Below are positions 46,957 to 57,241 of a stretch of DNA of 64,000 nucleotides, piece after piece. Both the position numbers and the translations under genes were made by a program. The notes beneath the pieces are model-generated. The model made no database searches. It saw nothing but the letters and a program-made list of their open reading frames with translations, and was not told the origin of the DNA. Position 1 is the first letter of the stretch. Each line of letters opens with the position of its first letter. The stretch is from a bacterium (lineage in GTDB: Bacteria; Myxococcota; UBA727; JAUIJE01): contig JAUIJE010000003.1 of assembly GCA_030431455.1 (NCBI GenBank), positions 8,360 through 72,359 of the forward strand, in the 5' to 3' direction.

Positions 46957-48039
46957 TCAGCCGAACGCTTGTTTGTAGTTGACCCCTTCGGCCTCTTCGG
47001 TCGGGTCGAACGCGTCGTCGGTCATGGACTCAAAAAACCGGGCCAAGGCGTCGCCCACCTCGGCGGGGGTCTCGAGCAACACCGCGCGTTTGCGGAACTG
47101 GCTGCCCCCGCGCAGGCCGCGCGAATACCAAATCAAGTGCTGCCGAAAGGTGCGCACCGCCTGTTCCTCGGCGGAGTAGCGCATGCGTTTTTGCAGGTCG
47201 GGGTCGCGCTCCTCATCGAGCTGCTGGTGGAACGCCACGTGGGCGGCAAAGTGTCGCACAATGGTATTGTATCGATGCTCGGGACCCGGCGCGGGCAGAG
47301 ACCGCCCCGCCTTGCAGCTCTCGAACACCCACGGGTTGCCCAATGCCCCCCGGCCGATCATCACCGCGTCGCAGCCGGTCTCGGACAGCCGGGCCATGGC
47401 CTCCTCGTAGCTGGTGATGTCCCCGTTGCCGATGATGGGCATGTCCACCGCCTCGACCATGCGCGCGATGTGGTCCCAGTTGGCTTTGCCCTTGTACATC
47501 TGGGCCCGGGTCCGGCCGTGCACCGCCAACGCCGCGCAGCCCGCGTCCTCGAGGTGTTTGGCCATGTCGAGGCAGGTGATGCTGTGCTCGTCCCAGCCGG
47601 TGCGGATCTTGGCGGTGATGGGCACTTGGTCGTCGACCGCTTCGCGCATGGCCTTGACCAGGTCCGCGGCCCGGGCCGGCTCGGTCAAAAGCGCGCAGCC
47701 CGAGCCGGTCTTGGTGACCTTTTTCACCGGACAGCCCATGTTGATGTCGATGATGTCCGCCCCGATGCGCACCGCCTCTTGGGCCGCCGCGCACATGGGC
47801 TCGATCTCGCCGCCGAAAAGCTGCACCGAGTAGGGCCGCTCTTTTTCTTTGTCGTAGGTGAGGTACTGCTGCGTGCGGCGATTCTTGTAAAAGATGCCTT
47901 TGGCCGAAATGAGCTCCGTCGTGCACAACCCCGCGCCCATCTCCTGGGCCAACACCCGAAACGGCATCTCGCTCACCCCCGCCATGGGGGCGAGCAACAC
48001 CGAGGGCTCGATGGTGAAAGGGCCGATGCGCAGGCTCAT
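46957..48039 (-). CDS. dusB: tRNA-dihydrouridine synthase (DusB-like)
   Basis: Dus motifs LAPMAGVSE, IDINMGCP, catalytic Cys, KIRTGWD. The start is at MSLRIGPF. Confidence 0.85.
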   Translation of the reverse strand: MSLRIGPFTIEPSVLLAPMAGVSEMPFRVLAQEMGAGLCTTELISAKGIFYKNRRTQQYLTYDKEKERPYSVQLFGGEIEPMCAAAQEAVRIGADIIDINMGCPVKKVTKTGSGCALLTEPARAADLVKAMREAVDDQVPITAKIRTGWDEHSITCLDMAKHLEDAGCAALAVHGRTRAQMYKGKANWDHIARMVEAVDMPIIGNGDITSYEEAMARLSETGCDAVMIGRGALGNPWVFESCKAGRSLPAPGPEHRYNTIVRHFAAHVAFHQQLDEERDPDLQKRMRYSAEEQAVRTFRQHLIWYSRGLRGGSQFRKRAVLLETPAEVGDALARFFESMTDDAFDPTEEAEGVNYKQAFG

Positions 48040-49147
48040 GCTTCTTTCGGTAGCGATGGTGTGCAGCGTCGTCAACGCCGCGGGCTGCTCGGCCGCCGAC
48101 CACCCCGGCCCCGCCCCCGACCGGTGTGGCCGAAGGCCCCTGCCCGCGTTCGTGCTCGGGGCGAACGTCATCGACCACCTCGACGACGACGCGCGCGGCT
48201 TCGGCACCAAAAAGAGCCGTACCACGCTGCGCCGCCTGGCCGGTCTCGGCCTCACCGGGGTGGTGCTGCCGGTGTCGCTCACCACCCCCGGCTTGTCCGC
48301 CACCGAAGTCGCGGCCGGGCCCCGGCTTTACGGCGCGGGGCGGGCGCGACTGGTGGCGATGATCGACCAGGCCAAGCAGGAGCGGCTTTTGGTCACGGTG
48401 GTGCCCCACGTCTTGCTCGACGACGGGCAGTGGCGCGGCGATCTCGCCCCCGCGTTCGACGGGGTGGCGTCGGAGGCCGCGTGGCGGGCGTGGTGGGACA
48501 GCTATGCTCAGTTGGTCCTGGTGCTGGCCGAGGCCGCCGAAGAGGGGTGCGCGGATGTGTTGAGCCTGGGCATCGAGTTCAAGTCCTTCTCGCGCGAACC
48601 CTTCGCCGCGGCCTGGATGGATGAGCTCGCGGACGACGTGGGCCAGGTCTTCGGGGGCGCGCTCACCTACAGCGCGAACTGGGACGAGGTGGAGATCGTG
48701 CCGTTTTGGGAGAGCCTCGATGTGGTGGGCATCAACGCGTTCTATCCGCTGGTGAAAAAGGGTGCGCCCGACGACCAGGCGGCGCTGTTCGCGGGGGCCG
48801 CGCGCATTCATGAGGGGCTGGCGACGATGTTCCCGGCCCAGCGGGTGTGGTTCATCGAGCTCGGGTTCAAGTCCACGGTGCGCTCGTATGACGAGCCTTG
48901 GAAATGGATCGACGAGGTGCCCGACGACGCGGTGTCCGAGCGCGCCCAACTGCTCGGCTATCAGGCCCACGCCCGGGCCTTGCGCGCCCAGCCCGCGGTG
49001 GATGGGGTGTTCTTTTGGGCCGTGCCCGCCGACCCCGACGACCGCGCCCACGCGTACAAGTTCGAGGACGAACGGGGCTTTTCCTTTTTGGACAAGCCCG
49101 CCGAAGCGGTGGTGCGCGACCTCGCCCAAGCCCCGCCCGCGCGCTGA
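48038..49147 (+). CDS. TIM-barrel glycoside hydrolase-like lipoprotein (GH113/GH5-like)
   Basis: Signal peptide LLSVAMVCSVVNAAGCS. Putative catalytic NWDE and FIELGF segments with (beta/alpha)8 periodicity. The family is uncertain. Confidence 0.5.
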   Translation: MLLSVAMVCSVVNAAGCSAADHPGPAPDRCGRRPLPAFVLGANVIDHLDDDARGFGTKKSRTTLRRLAGLGLTGVVLPVSLTTPGLSATEVAAGPRLYGAGRARLVAMIDQAKQERLLVTVVPHVLLDDGQWRGDLAPAFDGVASEAAWRAWWDSYAQLVLVLAEAAEEGCADVLSLGIEFKSFSREPFAAAWMDELADDVGQVFGGALTYSANWDEVEIVPFWESLDVVGINAFYPLVKKGAPDDQAALFAGAARIHEGLATMFPAQRVWFIELGFKSTVRSYDEPWKWIDEVPDDAVSERAQLLGYQAHARALRAQPAVDGVFFWAVPADPDDRAHAYKFEDERGFSFLDKPAEAVVRDLAQAPPAR

Positions 49148-49203
49148 GCCCCGGGGCGCCGCCGCGGGCATGTTTTGCCCGCCCCGCGTGTTAGCCTCAG
49201 GCG

Positions 49204-50019
49204 ATGGCCCCGTCGTCTGAAGCGGTCCCGAAGTCAAAGAGCACCCTGCGTCGCTACCTCGACCAGAGCCGCGACCCCGCCAATGCGGTGTTGTTTGTGC
49301 TGCCGCTGTTTGTGGCCTACCAGCTCGGCATCTTGTTCGCGGGGGGCCTGCGCAACGGGGTCGACTTCGTCACCACCGCGCTGTTCCTCGTCATCCGCGG
49401 CGCGGTCAAGCTGCTCACCGGCGCGGCCGCCGACGGTGACGTGCTCATCGGCTACATCGGGCTCAACCTCGTGGTGCTCGCGGGCATGCTCGTGGCCCTG
49501 CGGGTGCTCAACGCCAAGGGCAAGCTGCGCCCCCAAATCTGGCCCTGGATGTTGCTGGAAAGCTTCGTGTACGCGCTCTTTTTCGGGGCCGCGGTCAACG
49601 GCCTGATGCACGCCTTCGGGCTCGACCACCTGCTGGCCACGGTGGCGGAGACGTCGCTGGAAGTGACCTCGATGAAGGAGCTCAACCCCGTGCAGGCCCT
49701 GGTGGCGAGCGTGGGCGCCGGGCTCTACGAAGAGCTGGTGTTCCGGGTGCTGATCTTGGGCGGCATCTTCGCGGTGTTGAACAAGCCCGGTCGGCTCACG
49801 CCCTTTCTCGCCGGCGCGGTGGCGGTGATCGTCTCCAGTTTCATTTTCAGCGCCATCCACCATGTGGGCTCGCTGGGCGACGCCTTCTCGCTCGGGGTGT
49901 TCTTTTTCCGCTTCTTCGCCGGGGCGGTGTTGGCCACGATCTACGCCACCCGCGGCTTCGCCATCGCGGTCTACACCCACGCCCTGTACGACGTATTTGT
50001 GCTCCTGCTCCGGCTCTGA
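49204..50019 (+). CDS. CPBP (CAAX) family intramembrane metalloprotease
   Basis: EELVFR motif, FxxxH and HALYD motifs, 6-7 TM helices. Confidence 0.75.
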   Translation: MAPSSEAVPKSKSTLRRYLDQSRDPANAVLFVLPLFVAYQLGILFAGGLRNGVDFVTTALFLVIRGAVKLLTGAAADGDVLIGYIGLNLVVLAGMLVALRVLNAKGKLRPQIWPWMLLESFVYALFFGAAVNGLMHAFGLDHLLATVAETSLEVTSMKELNPVQALVASVGAGLYEELVFRVLILGGIFAVLNKPGRLTPFLAGAVAVIVSSFIFSAIHHVGSLGDAFSLGVFFFRFFAGAVLATIYATRGFAIAVYTHALYDVFVLLLRL

Positions 50020-50097
50020 CCCGCGCGTACGCCCGTCGCGCCGGCACCGTTTGGCGACCAAACACGCGTCACAATCCCTTTTCGTCGTCCCTGGCCA

Positions 50098-52635
50098 ATG
50101 GTATTTCGTGGCGTGCCCCTCGACGTCAAACGCTCCGGTCAACTCGGCAACGCCGCCTTTGCGTTGGCGCTGTTTTGTGTGTGTGCGGTGGGCCCCCTCG
50201 TCGGCGTGGTGCACCCACCCATCGTGGTCGGGGTGTTTTTCTGTGCCCTGCTCGCCCTCGTCCTGCACGTCGTCGATCGGCTCTGGGCCCGGCGCCGCCC
50301 CTCGTTCGCCCCGCTGTACGCCTCGCTGTTCGTCGTGGGGGCCGCCCTCAGCGTGGTGCAACTGCTGCCCCTCCCCCACGCCCTGCGCGCGGTGATCGAG
50401 CCCGCCACCACCGAGCGGGTGCAGTGGGTGCTCTCCGCCCTGTCCCCCGAGGCCCTCGAGAGCTTTTGGCCCTCGCTCTCCACAGATCCGGCCCAGACCG
50501 GCCATGAGCTGATTCGGCTCTGCACCGGCCTGTTTGTGTTCTTGGTGCTCGCCGACCGCTGCCGCAAGCGCACCCACCGCCGCACCGTATACCGCGCGCT
50601 CATCGCCAGCGGCGTGCTGGTGTTGATCATCAGCATTGGGCACAAGGTGGCCCAGACCGATTGGGTGTGGGGCATGTTCCGGGCCACCGGCCGCACGCCC
50701 CTCGCCGGGCCGTTGGTCAACCCCAACCACCTCGCGCGGCTCTACGGGGTCATCGCCCTGGTCGCCCTCGGCTACGGGTTCACCGCCCGGGGCCGCAGCG
50801 AGCGGCTGGTCAGCTTCGGCGTCGCCGCGGTGCTGAGCGCGGCGGTGTTTTTGACCTTGTCCCGGGGGGGCGCGTTGGCGTTTGTGGGCGCGGCCGGCTT
50901 GCTCGCCCTGCTGTTCACCCGGGTGCCCGACGAGCCCGACGACAAACATCCCGTGCGCGTGGGCTGGTCGCTGGTGGCCTTGCCCGCGTTGGTGTTCGCG
51001 GGGTTGGCGGTGGCGATCTACCTCGCCCGCGAGGGGTTCTTGGCCGAGCTCGAGATGTCCGCGGACACCACCTTCGAGACCTCCAAGACCGCCATGTACG
51101 GCCCCGCCCTCCGGCTGTTGCAGGACCATTGGCTGCTGGGGGTGTCCACCGGGGGGTTCGAGACCGCGTACCCAGGAGTACTCAACGTCGGCGAACTCAA
51201 GAACCGCACCTTCAGCCACATCGAAAACGGCCTGCTCCAGGTCTTTTTGGACCACGGCGTCATCTTTGGCGCGGCCTTGGTCGCGCTTTTGTTGTTCGTG
51301 GCCCAGCGGGCCTTGTCGTCGGTGAGCGCCCGCCGCGACCTGGTGCCGTTGTGCGCGCTGGCGTTCATGCTGCTCGGGGATGTGTTCGACTTCTTTTTGG
51401 AGATCGGGGCCGGGACCTTGCTCGCCGCGGCCCTGCTCGCGCTGGTGGCCGGGCGCGCGATGGAGCAGCGCCGCACCCGCCGCCATCTCCCCCGCGCCCT
51501 CTGGGCGCCCGCCCTCGCCGCCCTGGTCGTGGTCTGCCTCGCCGCGGTGCCCGCCGCCCTGCTGCACACCCGCTGGACCGTCGACCAGACCCTGCGAACC
51601 CCCGACCTGCCCACCCTCACCCTCGAGCAGGCCCTGGCCCGCCGGCCCCTCGACGGCTTCATCGCCTACCGCCTCGCCGCCGACGCGCGCAAACGGTCGC
51701 ACCCCCGGCGCGCCCTCCGCTGGGCCAACCGCGCCATGGTGCTCTGGCCCAACCTCGGCCCCGCCCACATCGAAGCCGCCCGCGCCCTGTGGTCGGTGGG
51801 CCGCTACGAGCAAGCGTTGCTCGAGTACCGCCTCGCGTGGCGGGCCAAGGCCTTCTCCCACCAAAAGCTCATCGAGGAGCTGAGCCGGCGCACCTCGTCC
51901 CTCGACGCCCGGCTCCGGGCGGTGCCCAACGACGACGCAGGCGCGTTCTCGGCGGTGTGCCGCAGCTTCGAACAGGCCAAAGAGCACACAAAGGCATTGG
52001 AATGCCTGGACCGGCTCTTGGCCCAACACGACCTCGCCGACGCCAAGACCCGGGTGGTGCACGCGGCCCTGGCCGCGGGGGACGTGGACGGGGCCGAGGC
52101 CCGGTTCCAGCGACATTTCCCCCACCAAAACCAGACCGGCCCCGTGCTCGAGCTGCAGAGCAAGATCGAAGAACGGCAGTACGGCCTCGACGAGGCCTAC
52201 ACCCGCGCCCAGGCCCGGGTCCCGGCGGGACAGGCCGCGCCCTTTTTGTGGTGGAAGCTCTACGCCGCCCAGCGTCTGCGCAAGACCGCGGACGCGCTGC
52301 AGATCGCCAAGGCCCTGCGCCCCCTGGTGCACCACCCGCGGGAGCAGGACCGCCTCGACAAGGCCGAGGTCTCGCTGTGGCACGCCCTCGGCAACCTCGG
52401 CGAAGCCCTGCGCGTGGCCGAACGCTGGGCGCGCCGTTCGCCCCGGGACAAGGAAGCGCTCATCGCGTTGCTCGGCCTCGAGATCGAGCTCGACCTGTTC
52501 GCCCGGGCCACCGCCACGTTGCGCCGGGCCGAAGCGGTGGCCAAAGACGACGCCCGCTTGTCACGGTTGCGTCAGTCGTTGGGCGAGCGGCGCGACGAGA
52601 GCAAAGAAGAACGCGCCCGCGACCTGCTCAAGTAG
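50098..52635 (+). CDS. O-antigen ligase/polymerase (Wzy_C) family membrane protein fused to C-terminal TPR repeats
   Basis: About 12 TM helices with a Wzy_C-like LSRGGALAFVGAAGL loop, followed by ~350 aa of TPR-like helical repeats. Confidence 0.65.
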   Translation: MVFRGVPLDVKRSGQLGNAAFALALFCVCAVGPLVGVVHPPIVVGVFFCALLALVLHVVDRLWARRRPSFAPLYASLFVVGAALSVVQLLPLPHALRAVIEPATTERVQWVLSALSPEALESFWPSLSTDPAQTGHELIRLCTGLFVFLVLADRCRKRTHRRTVYRALIASGVLVLIISIGHKVAQTDWVWGMFRATGRTPLAGPLVNPNHLARLYGVIALVALGYGFTARGRSERLVSFGVAAVLSAAVFLTLSRGGALAFVGAAGLLALLFTRVPDEPDDKHPVRVGWSLVALPALVFAGLAVAIYLAREGFLAELEMSADTTFETSKTAMYGPALRLLQDHWLLGVSTGGFETAYPGVLNVGELKNRTFSHIENGLLQVFLDHGVIFGAALVALLLFVAQRALSSVSARRDLVPLCALAFMLLGDVFDFFLEIGAGTLLAAALLALVAGRAMEQRRTRRHLPRALWAPALAALVVVCLAAVPAALLHTRWTVDQTLRTPDLPTLTLEQALARRPLDGFIAYRLAADARKRSHPRRALRWANRAMVLWPNLGPAHIEAARALWSVGRYEQALLEYRLAWRAKAFSHQKLIEELSRRTSSLDARLRAVPNDDAGAFSAVCRSFEQAKEHTKALECLDRLLAQHDLADAKTRVVHAALAAGDVDGAEARFQRHFPHQNQTGPVLELQSKIEERQYGLDEAYTRAQARVPAGQAAPFLWWKLYAAQRLRKTADALQIAKALRPLVHHPREQDRLDKAEVSLWHALGNLGEALRVAERWARRSPRDKEALIALLGLEIELDLFARATATLRRAEAVAKDDARLSRLRQSLGERRDESKEERARDLLK

Positions 52636-53684
52636 GTCGTGAGCAGACCGGTGGCGTCCTGGGCCCGGCGGGCCGCCCACCGCGCGATGTAGGCCGCGGC
52701 CGCCCCCGCCTGGTCGGGGATGAGGGCCCGGCCGGGCATGCCCCGGATGGCAAGGGGTGCGCCGTCGATGCCGAACAGCGCGGACAGAAGCGCGGCCTTG
52801 GCCGCGGGGGGGGCCAGCTCGTCGAGCACGGCCGGGTCGACCCGCGCCCCCAGCCGGCGCTGGACCAAAGACAACAGCGCCCACAAGGCGTGTGCCGCCC
52901 CCGCGCGCTGGGCCCAGGGCACGGCCTCCGCGGGCGCGCCGGGGAACCGGCGGACGAGCCCGGCCACGTCGAGCATTTGTTTATCCCGGCCGGACAGGCC
53001 ATCCCCCGCGAGGTTGGCCGCGGAAAAGGCGAGCCACGGCCCGGGGGCGAGCCCCCACCAGGTCTCGCTCCCGGTGTCGTAGGCCACCCGCTCGTCGAGC
53101 GCGGCCGGGCCAATGTCTCTGAGCGGTTGGTCGGACAACCCGGTGTGCACGTCGACGACCAACTGGGCCCCGGGGGTGGGCCAATGCCAAGGCCGGCCGT
53201 GGGACGCGGCCACGGTGGCTTCGAGCCCCGGGAAGTCGAACTGCCGCGCGCCCTGTTCGCGCAGGAGCTGGGCCACAATGTCTCTGTCTTGGGGCGCGAC
53301 CAGCAGGTCAATGTCTGTGCACCCGCGGTGGCCCCGGCCCCCGAACAGCAACGGGTCCGAGACCAGCCCCTTCAAGAACGCGTGGGCCACCCCCCGATCG
53401 GTCAGCCGGCGGCTCAGCTGTTGGGCCCGCGCGCTGAGCGCGGTGGACGCGAACAGCGCCTCGCGGGTCTTGGCCGACAGCACCGATTCGTCCTCGGCCA
53501 CGTCGAGGGCCAAAAGGCCTGAGAGCACCGGGACCATCAAGCGCTGGCGGTCGGCCCGGGCCAAGACCGCGTCCCGCACCGCGGCGAAGCGGCTCGGATC
53601 GAGCCCCTGGGGGGGCGGCTCGAGGTAGGCGCGCAGGGCGTGGGTGAACGCCCAGTCGACGGCGTGTTCGTCCGGCTGGTTCAC
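52572..53684 (-). CDS. nucleotidyltransferase-fold family protein (polysaccharide-locus associated)
   Basis: GCTDIDLLV matches the NTase-fold hG[GS]..D.D motif. Its 3' end overlaps the convergent Wzy-TPR gene by 64 nt. Confidence 0.45.
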   Translation of the reverse strand: MNQPDEHAVDWAFTHALRAYLEPPPQGLDPSRFAAVRDAVLARADRQRLMVPVLSGLLALDVAEDESVLSAKTREALFASTALSARAQQLSRRLTDRGVAHAFLKGLVSDPLLFGGRGHRGCTDIDLLVAPQDRDIVAQLLREQGARQFDFPGLEATVAASHGRPWHWPTPGAQLVVDVHTGLSDQPLRDIGPAALDERVAYDTGSETWWGLAPGPWLAFSAANLAGDGLSGRDKQMLDVAGLVRRFPGAPAEAVPWAQRAGAAHALWALLSLVQRRLGARVDPAVLDELAPPAAKAALLSALFGIDGAPLAIRGMPGRALIPDQAGAAAAYIARWAARRAQDATGLLTTYLSRSRARSSLLSSRRSPND

Positions 53685-53709
53685 GCGGGCGAGGCTAACA
53701 GAGCGCCGC

Positions 53710-55632
53710 TCAGCCGCGCAGGGCGATGATCTCGGCGGTGTCGCGCTTTTGCCGCGGCGCGGGGGCGTTTTTCTGGGACGCGCCCCCGGTGCCGCCCGAG
53801 TCGAACTCGGGCACGATGGTCTTGATCCCGCGGCGCAGCTCGGCGGGGGTGGCGTCGTCGGCCTGCTCGGTCAAGGACGCGACCTGGGCTTGGACCCAAG
53901 CCCACTCGTAGGTGCGTTTTTGGCCCACGAAGATCTTGGGGTGTTTTGTCTTTTCTGCGTTCTCTTCGTCGCGGGCGAGCTCTTCGAAGAGTTTTTCCCC
54001 CGGCCGCACCCCGGTGAACTTGATCTCGATGTCCTCGTCGGGAACGAAGCCGGACAAGGTGATGAGGTCGCGGGCGAGGTCGACGATTTTGACCGGCTGG
54101 CCCATGTCGAGCACGAAGATTTCGCCCCCGTCGCCCATCGAGCCGGCCTGCAAGATGAGCTGACAGGCTTCGGGGATGGTCATGAAGTAGCGGGTCATGT
54201 CCGGGTGGGTGACGGTGACGGGGCCGCCGGTCTTGATCTGTTCTTTGAAGATGGGGATCACGCTGCCGGCGGATCCAAGCACATTGCCAAAGCGCACGGT
54301 GACGAACTTCGTCTCGCTCCGCGCCGACAACGTTTGGATATAGATCTCCGCCACCCGCTTGCTCGCCCCCATCACGCTGGTGGGGTTGACCGCCTTGTCG
54401 GTGGACACCATCACGAACCGCTCCACCGAGAACCGGTCGGCCATGTCCGCGAGCACCTTGCTGCCGCGGATGTTGTTCTTCACCGCTTCGCCCGGGTTCC
54501 ATTCCATCATCGGCACGTGTTTGTGGGCGGCGGCGTGGAACACCACCCGGGGCCGGTGCTCCTCGAACAGGCCCTGCATCCGGGCCTGGTCGGCCACGTC
54601 GGCGATGGCCGGCACCACGTCGAGCTCGGGGAACTGGCCGACGAGCTGGCGGTGGATCTCGAACAGGTTGTTCTCCGCGCGCTCGACGAGGATCAACCGC
54701 CGGGGCCCAAACCGCGCCACCTGGCGGCAGAGCTCGGACCCGATGCTGCCCCCCGCGCCGCTGACCAGGACCACCGCCCCGTGCACGCTCTCGGAGATGA
54801 CGTCCGACTCCAATGCCACAGGATCACGCCCGAGCAAGTCCTCGATCGCGACGTCCCGGATTTGATTCACCCGCACCGTGCCGTCGATGAGGGAGTTGAT
54901 GCCGGGGATGGTGCGCACGTCGACCTTGGCCTGCTTGCACACCGCGAGGATGCGCCGCATCTGGGTCCCGGTGGCGGTGGGGATGGCCACCACCACCTCG
55001 TGCACGTCGTGGCGCTTGACCAGCTCGGGCACCAGGCCGATCTTGCCGAACACCGGGAGGTTGTGGATGCGCGAGCCCTTTTTGCGGACGTCGTCGTCGA
55101 CAAAGCCCACCGGTTGGTAGCGAGAGGTGTGCGATTTCTGCACCTCGCGAACCAGCATCTCGGCCGCGTCCCCCGCCCCCACGATGAGCAGCCGGCGCTT
55201 CTCCGACGCGCGGGAGGCGATCTCAGCGCTGACCTCGCGCAGCTTGCGGATGCCAAAGCGCAGGCCCCCGACCATAAAGATGGTGGTGCCGAACTCGATG
55301 ACGAAGATGGAGCGGGGGAAGCCCTTGGCCGAGGTGAACACCACGAACAACAAAAACAGCGTCGAGCCGAGGGCGGTGGATTTGAACAGCGCGACCAGGT
55401 CTTTGGCCCCGGTGTAGCGCCACAGCCCCTGGAAGTTGCCGAACACCGCCGCGGACAGGACGCGCACGGTCAAAAGCGCGCCCCCCCACACGTAGATGCG
55501 GGGGAAGAGCACGTCGGGGAGCGAAAAGTCGAAGCGGAGCAGGAACGCGGTCACATACGCGAACGACCACAACGCGACGTGGACGAGCACGATGAACACA
55601 CGGCGGTAGCTGAGAAGGATGCTCTCAGACAA
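53710..55632 (-). CDS. pglF: membrane-bound UDP-N-acetylglucosamine 4,6-dehydratase (PglF/CapD/WbpM family)
   Basis: N-terminal 4-TM domain, a Rossmann VSGAGGSIG motif, and SDR dehydratase motifs. The TTG start at 55632 has an AGGAGG SD 6 nt upstream; the upstream RSG-rich part of the ORF is rejected. Confidence 0.8.
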   Translation of the reverse strand: MSESILLSYRRVFIVLVHVALWSFAYVTAFLLRFDFSLPDVLFPRIYVWGGALLTVRVLSAAVFGNFQGLWRYTGAKDLVALFKSTALGSTLFLLFVVFTSAKGFPRSIFVIEFGTTIFMVGGLRFGIRKLREVSAEIASRASEKRRLLIVGAGDAAEMLVREVQKSHTSRYQPVGFVDDDVRKKGSRIHNLPVFGKIGLVPELVKRHDVHEVVVAIPTATGTQMRRILAVCKQAKVDVRTIPGINSLIDGTVRVNQIRDVAIEDLLGRDPVALESDVISESVHGAVVLVSGAGGSIGSELCRQVARFGPRRLILVERAENNLFEIHRQLVGQFPELDVVPAIADVADQARMQGLFEEHRPRVVFHAAAHKHVPMMEWNPGEAVKNNIRGSKVLADMADRFSVERFVMVSTDKAVNPTSVMGASKRVAEIYIQTLSARSETKFVTVRFGNVLGSAGSVIPIFKEQIKTGGPVTVTHPDMTRYFMTIPEACQLILQAGSMGDGGEIFVLDMGQPVKIVDLARDLITLSGFVPDEDIEIKFTGVRPGEKLFEELARDEENAEKTKHPKIFVGQKRTYEWAWVQAQVASLTEQADDATPAELRRGIKTIVPEFDSGGTGGASQKNAPAPRQKRDTAEIIALRG

Positions 55633-55720
55633 CGATCCCCTCCTGTTTGGGTAGGTGCCTTCTGTGGGCGGGATCGTTCTTTGAAAAGTGGGATCTAGGC
55701 CAATTCCTTTGAGATTTGGC

Positions 55721-57241
55721 TCAACTCGGCCCACCTGGGGCCTGGACCGCCTCGATGTCGGCGATGTCGACCCCGAAGACCCCGTTGCGCCAGTGCACTG
55801 TGCCGGCCGGCTGCCAGGGCGCAGCCATGTTGGACAAAAGCCGGTCGCGCTCCCAGCGCATCTCGTCGGAGATGACCTTGACCCGGACCTCAAAGGTGAG
55901 GTCATCGAGCAAGAGCCCCTCCCGGGCGGCCCAATAGGCGGTCCAGCGCTTGGTGGCCTTTTTGAAGCGAACGCGTTTGAACCGTGGTCGGTTGGTGCGG
56001 AACGACGTGTACACCCAGCCCCGGCCTCGGTTGTAGCCCGCGGCTTGCCCCTGCTCGTCAATGAGCGGCAGCCAGGTCTCCGTTTGGTCCTCGTCCCGGT
56101 GCACCAGCGCGATGATGTGGTTGTAGCCCTGAAAGTGCATGTCCAAGAACACGGGGTGGGGGTGGACGCCGATCACCGACCGAAAGGCCTTGGCGACGCT
56201 CTTGGCCGATCGCTTGGCCGACCGCAGGGTGGACTCTTCGGCCACCAACCCCAGGGCCGCCCGGCCCACCGTCGAGCGCGCCATGGTCTGGGTGGACTGG
56301 AGCACAAACACCGCCGCCAGTACCGCAGGAAGAAGACGCGCGACGTCGGGCAAGCCGCCGCGCAGTCCTGGCAGATGCGACCATCGTGCTCGCCGCGCGG
56401 GGTCCGGGGGCCCAAAGATCGGCCGCAACCAGCCATGGGGAATCAAGAGCGCGTACAGCGCCGCCACCCCGAGACCGAACCAAGGGATGGGGAACGCGAC
56501 CATGATCCCCAGGTGCAGTCCCATTCCGATGCACAACAGCGGCAACCTGGCCCGGCGCGTCCAAAACACAAACAGAAACGCGGTCTCGAACGCCAACGTC
56601 AGGTGGCTGAGGGTGAGCACCAGCCAGCGTTGGTTGAGCACCGCGTTGAGCGGCCCCGCCGGGGCCCACGTCGCCCAGGGCATCGACGCGGGGAACCACA
56701 TGCCCAGCCCACCGCGCCACATCGGGCTTCCCCACTTGTAAAACACCGAGTCAAAGTAAGTGAGGCCGGCGCCCAAAAACAGGAACGCCCACGCCCACCC
56801 GCGCGGAACGGTGGCTTTCCATGGTTGTCCCCGTCGTCGCGCCCACGCCGCGTCCACCGACAACCGGGCGGAGAGCGGGGCGAAGGGCAACAGGAACGCG
56901 AGCTCCACGATGACGTAGTCGTTGTGGTACTCCCACGACCTGGTTTGGCCGAAGGTGAAGATCGACAACACGAACAGCAACGTGGCCATCGTCCGGGTCT
57001 TGAGCCCCACGATGAACAGCAGCGTGACCACGATGGCGCCGGTCCACACCAGATGCCGCCAGGACCAGAGCGAATCGTAGGGGGGCACCCGGTACATCAG
57101 TGCGTCCATCGAGAACCACTGCACCATCTCGCCCAGAAGCGAGCAGCCCCACAGAACACGAAACAGTGCCAAGCCGATCCCGTCGATCGGCTTGGCAAAC
57201 GCATCGGTGAGTCGGGTGTAGGCGCGGACCAGCGCGTTCAT
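55721..57241 (-). CDS. HTTM (vitamin-K-dependent gamma-carboxylase-like) domain membrane protein with ~190-aa C-terminal extension
   Basis: HTTM N-terminus (GIGLALFRVLWG..) and a multi-TM core. The start ATG overlaps the upstream aminotransferase stop (ATGA). Confidence 0.6.
   Translation of the reverse strand: MNALVRAYTRLTDAFAKPIDGIGLALFRVLWGCSLLGEMVQWFSMDALMYRVPPYDSLWSWRHLVWTGAIVVTLLFIVGLKTRTMATLLFVLSIFTFGQTRSWEYHNDYVIVELAFLLPFAPLSARLSVDAAWARRRGQPWKATVPRGWAWAFLFLGAGLTYFDSVFYKWGSPMWRGGLGMWFPASMPWATWAPAGPLNAVLNQRWLVLTLSHLTLAFETAFLFVFWTRRARLPLLCIGMGLHLGIMVAFPIPWFGLGVAALYALLIPHGWLRPIFGPPDPARRARWSHLPGLRGGLPDVARLLPAVLAAVFVLQSTQTMARSTVGRAALGLVAEESTLRSAKRSAKSVAKAFRSVIGVHPHPVFLDMHFQGYNHIIALVHRDEDQTETWLPLIDEQGQAAGYNRGRGWVYTSFRTNRPRFKRVRFKKATKRWTAYWAAREGLLLDDLTFEVRVKVISDEMRWERDRLLSNMAAPWQPAGTVHWRNGVFGVDIADIEAVQAPGGPS

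Noticed and set aside
49234-53522. ORFs 49234..52383(-) and 50661..53522(+), about 1000 aa each
   Set aside because: Gly/Arg/His-rich frame artefacts overlapping the CPBP, Wzy-TPR and NTase genes.
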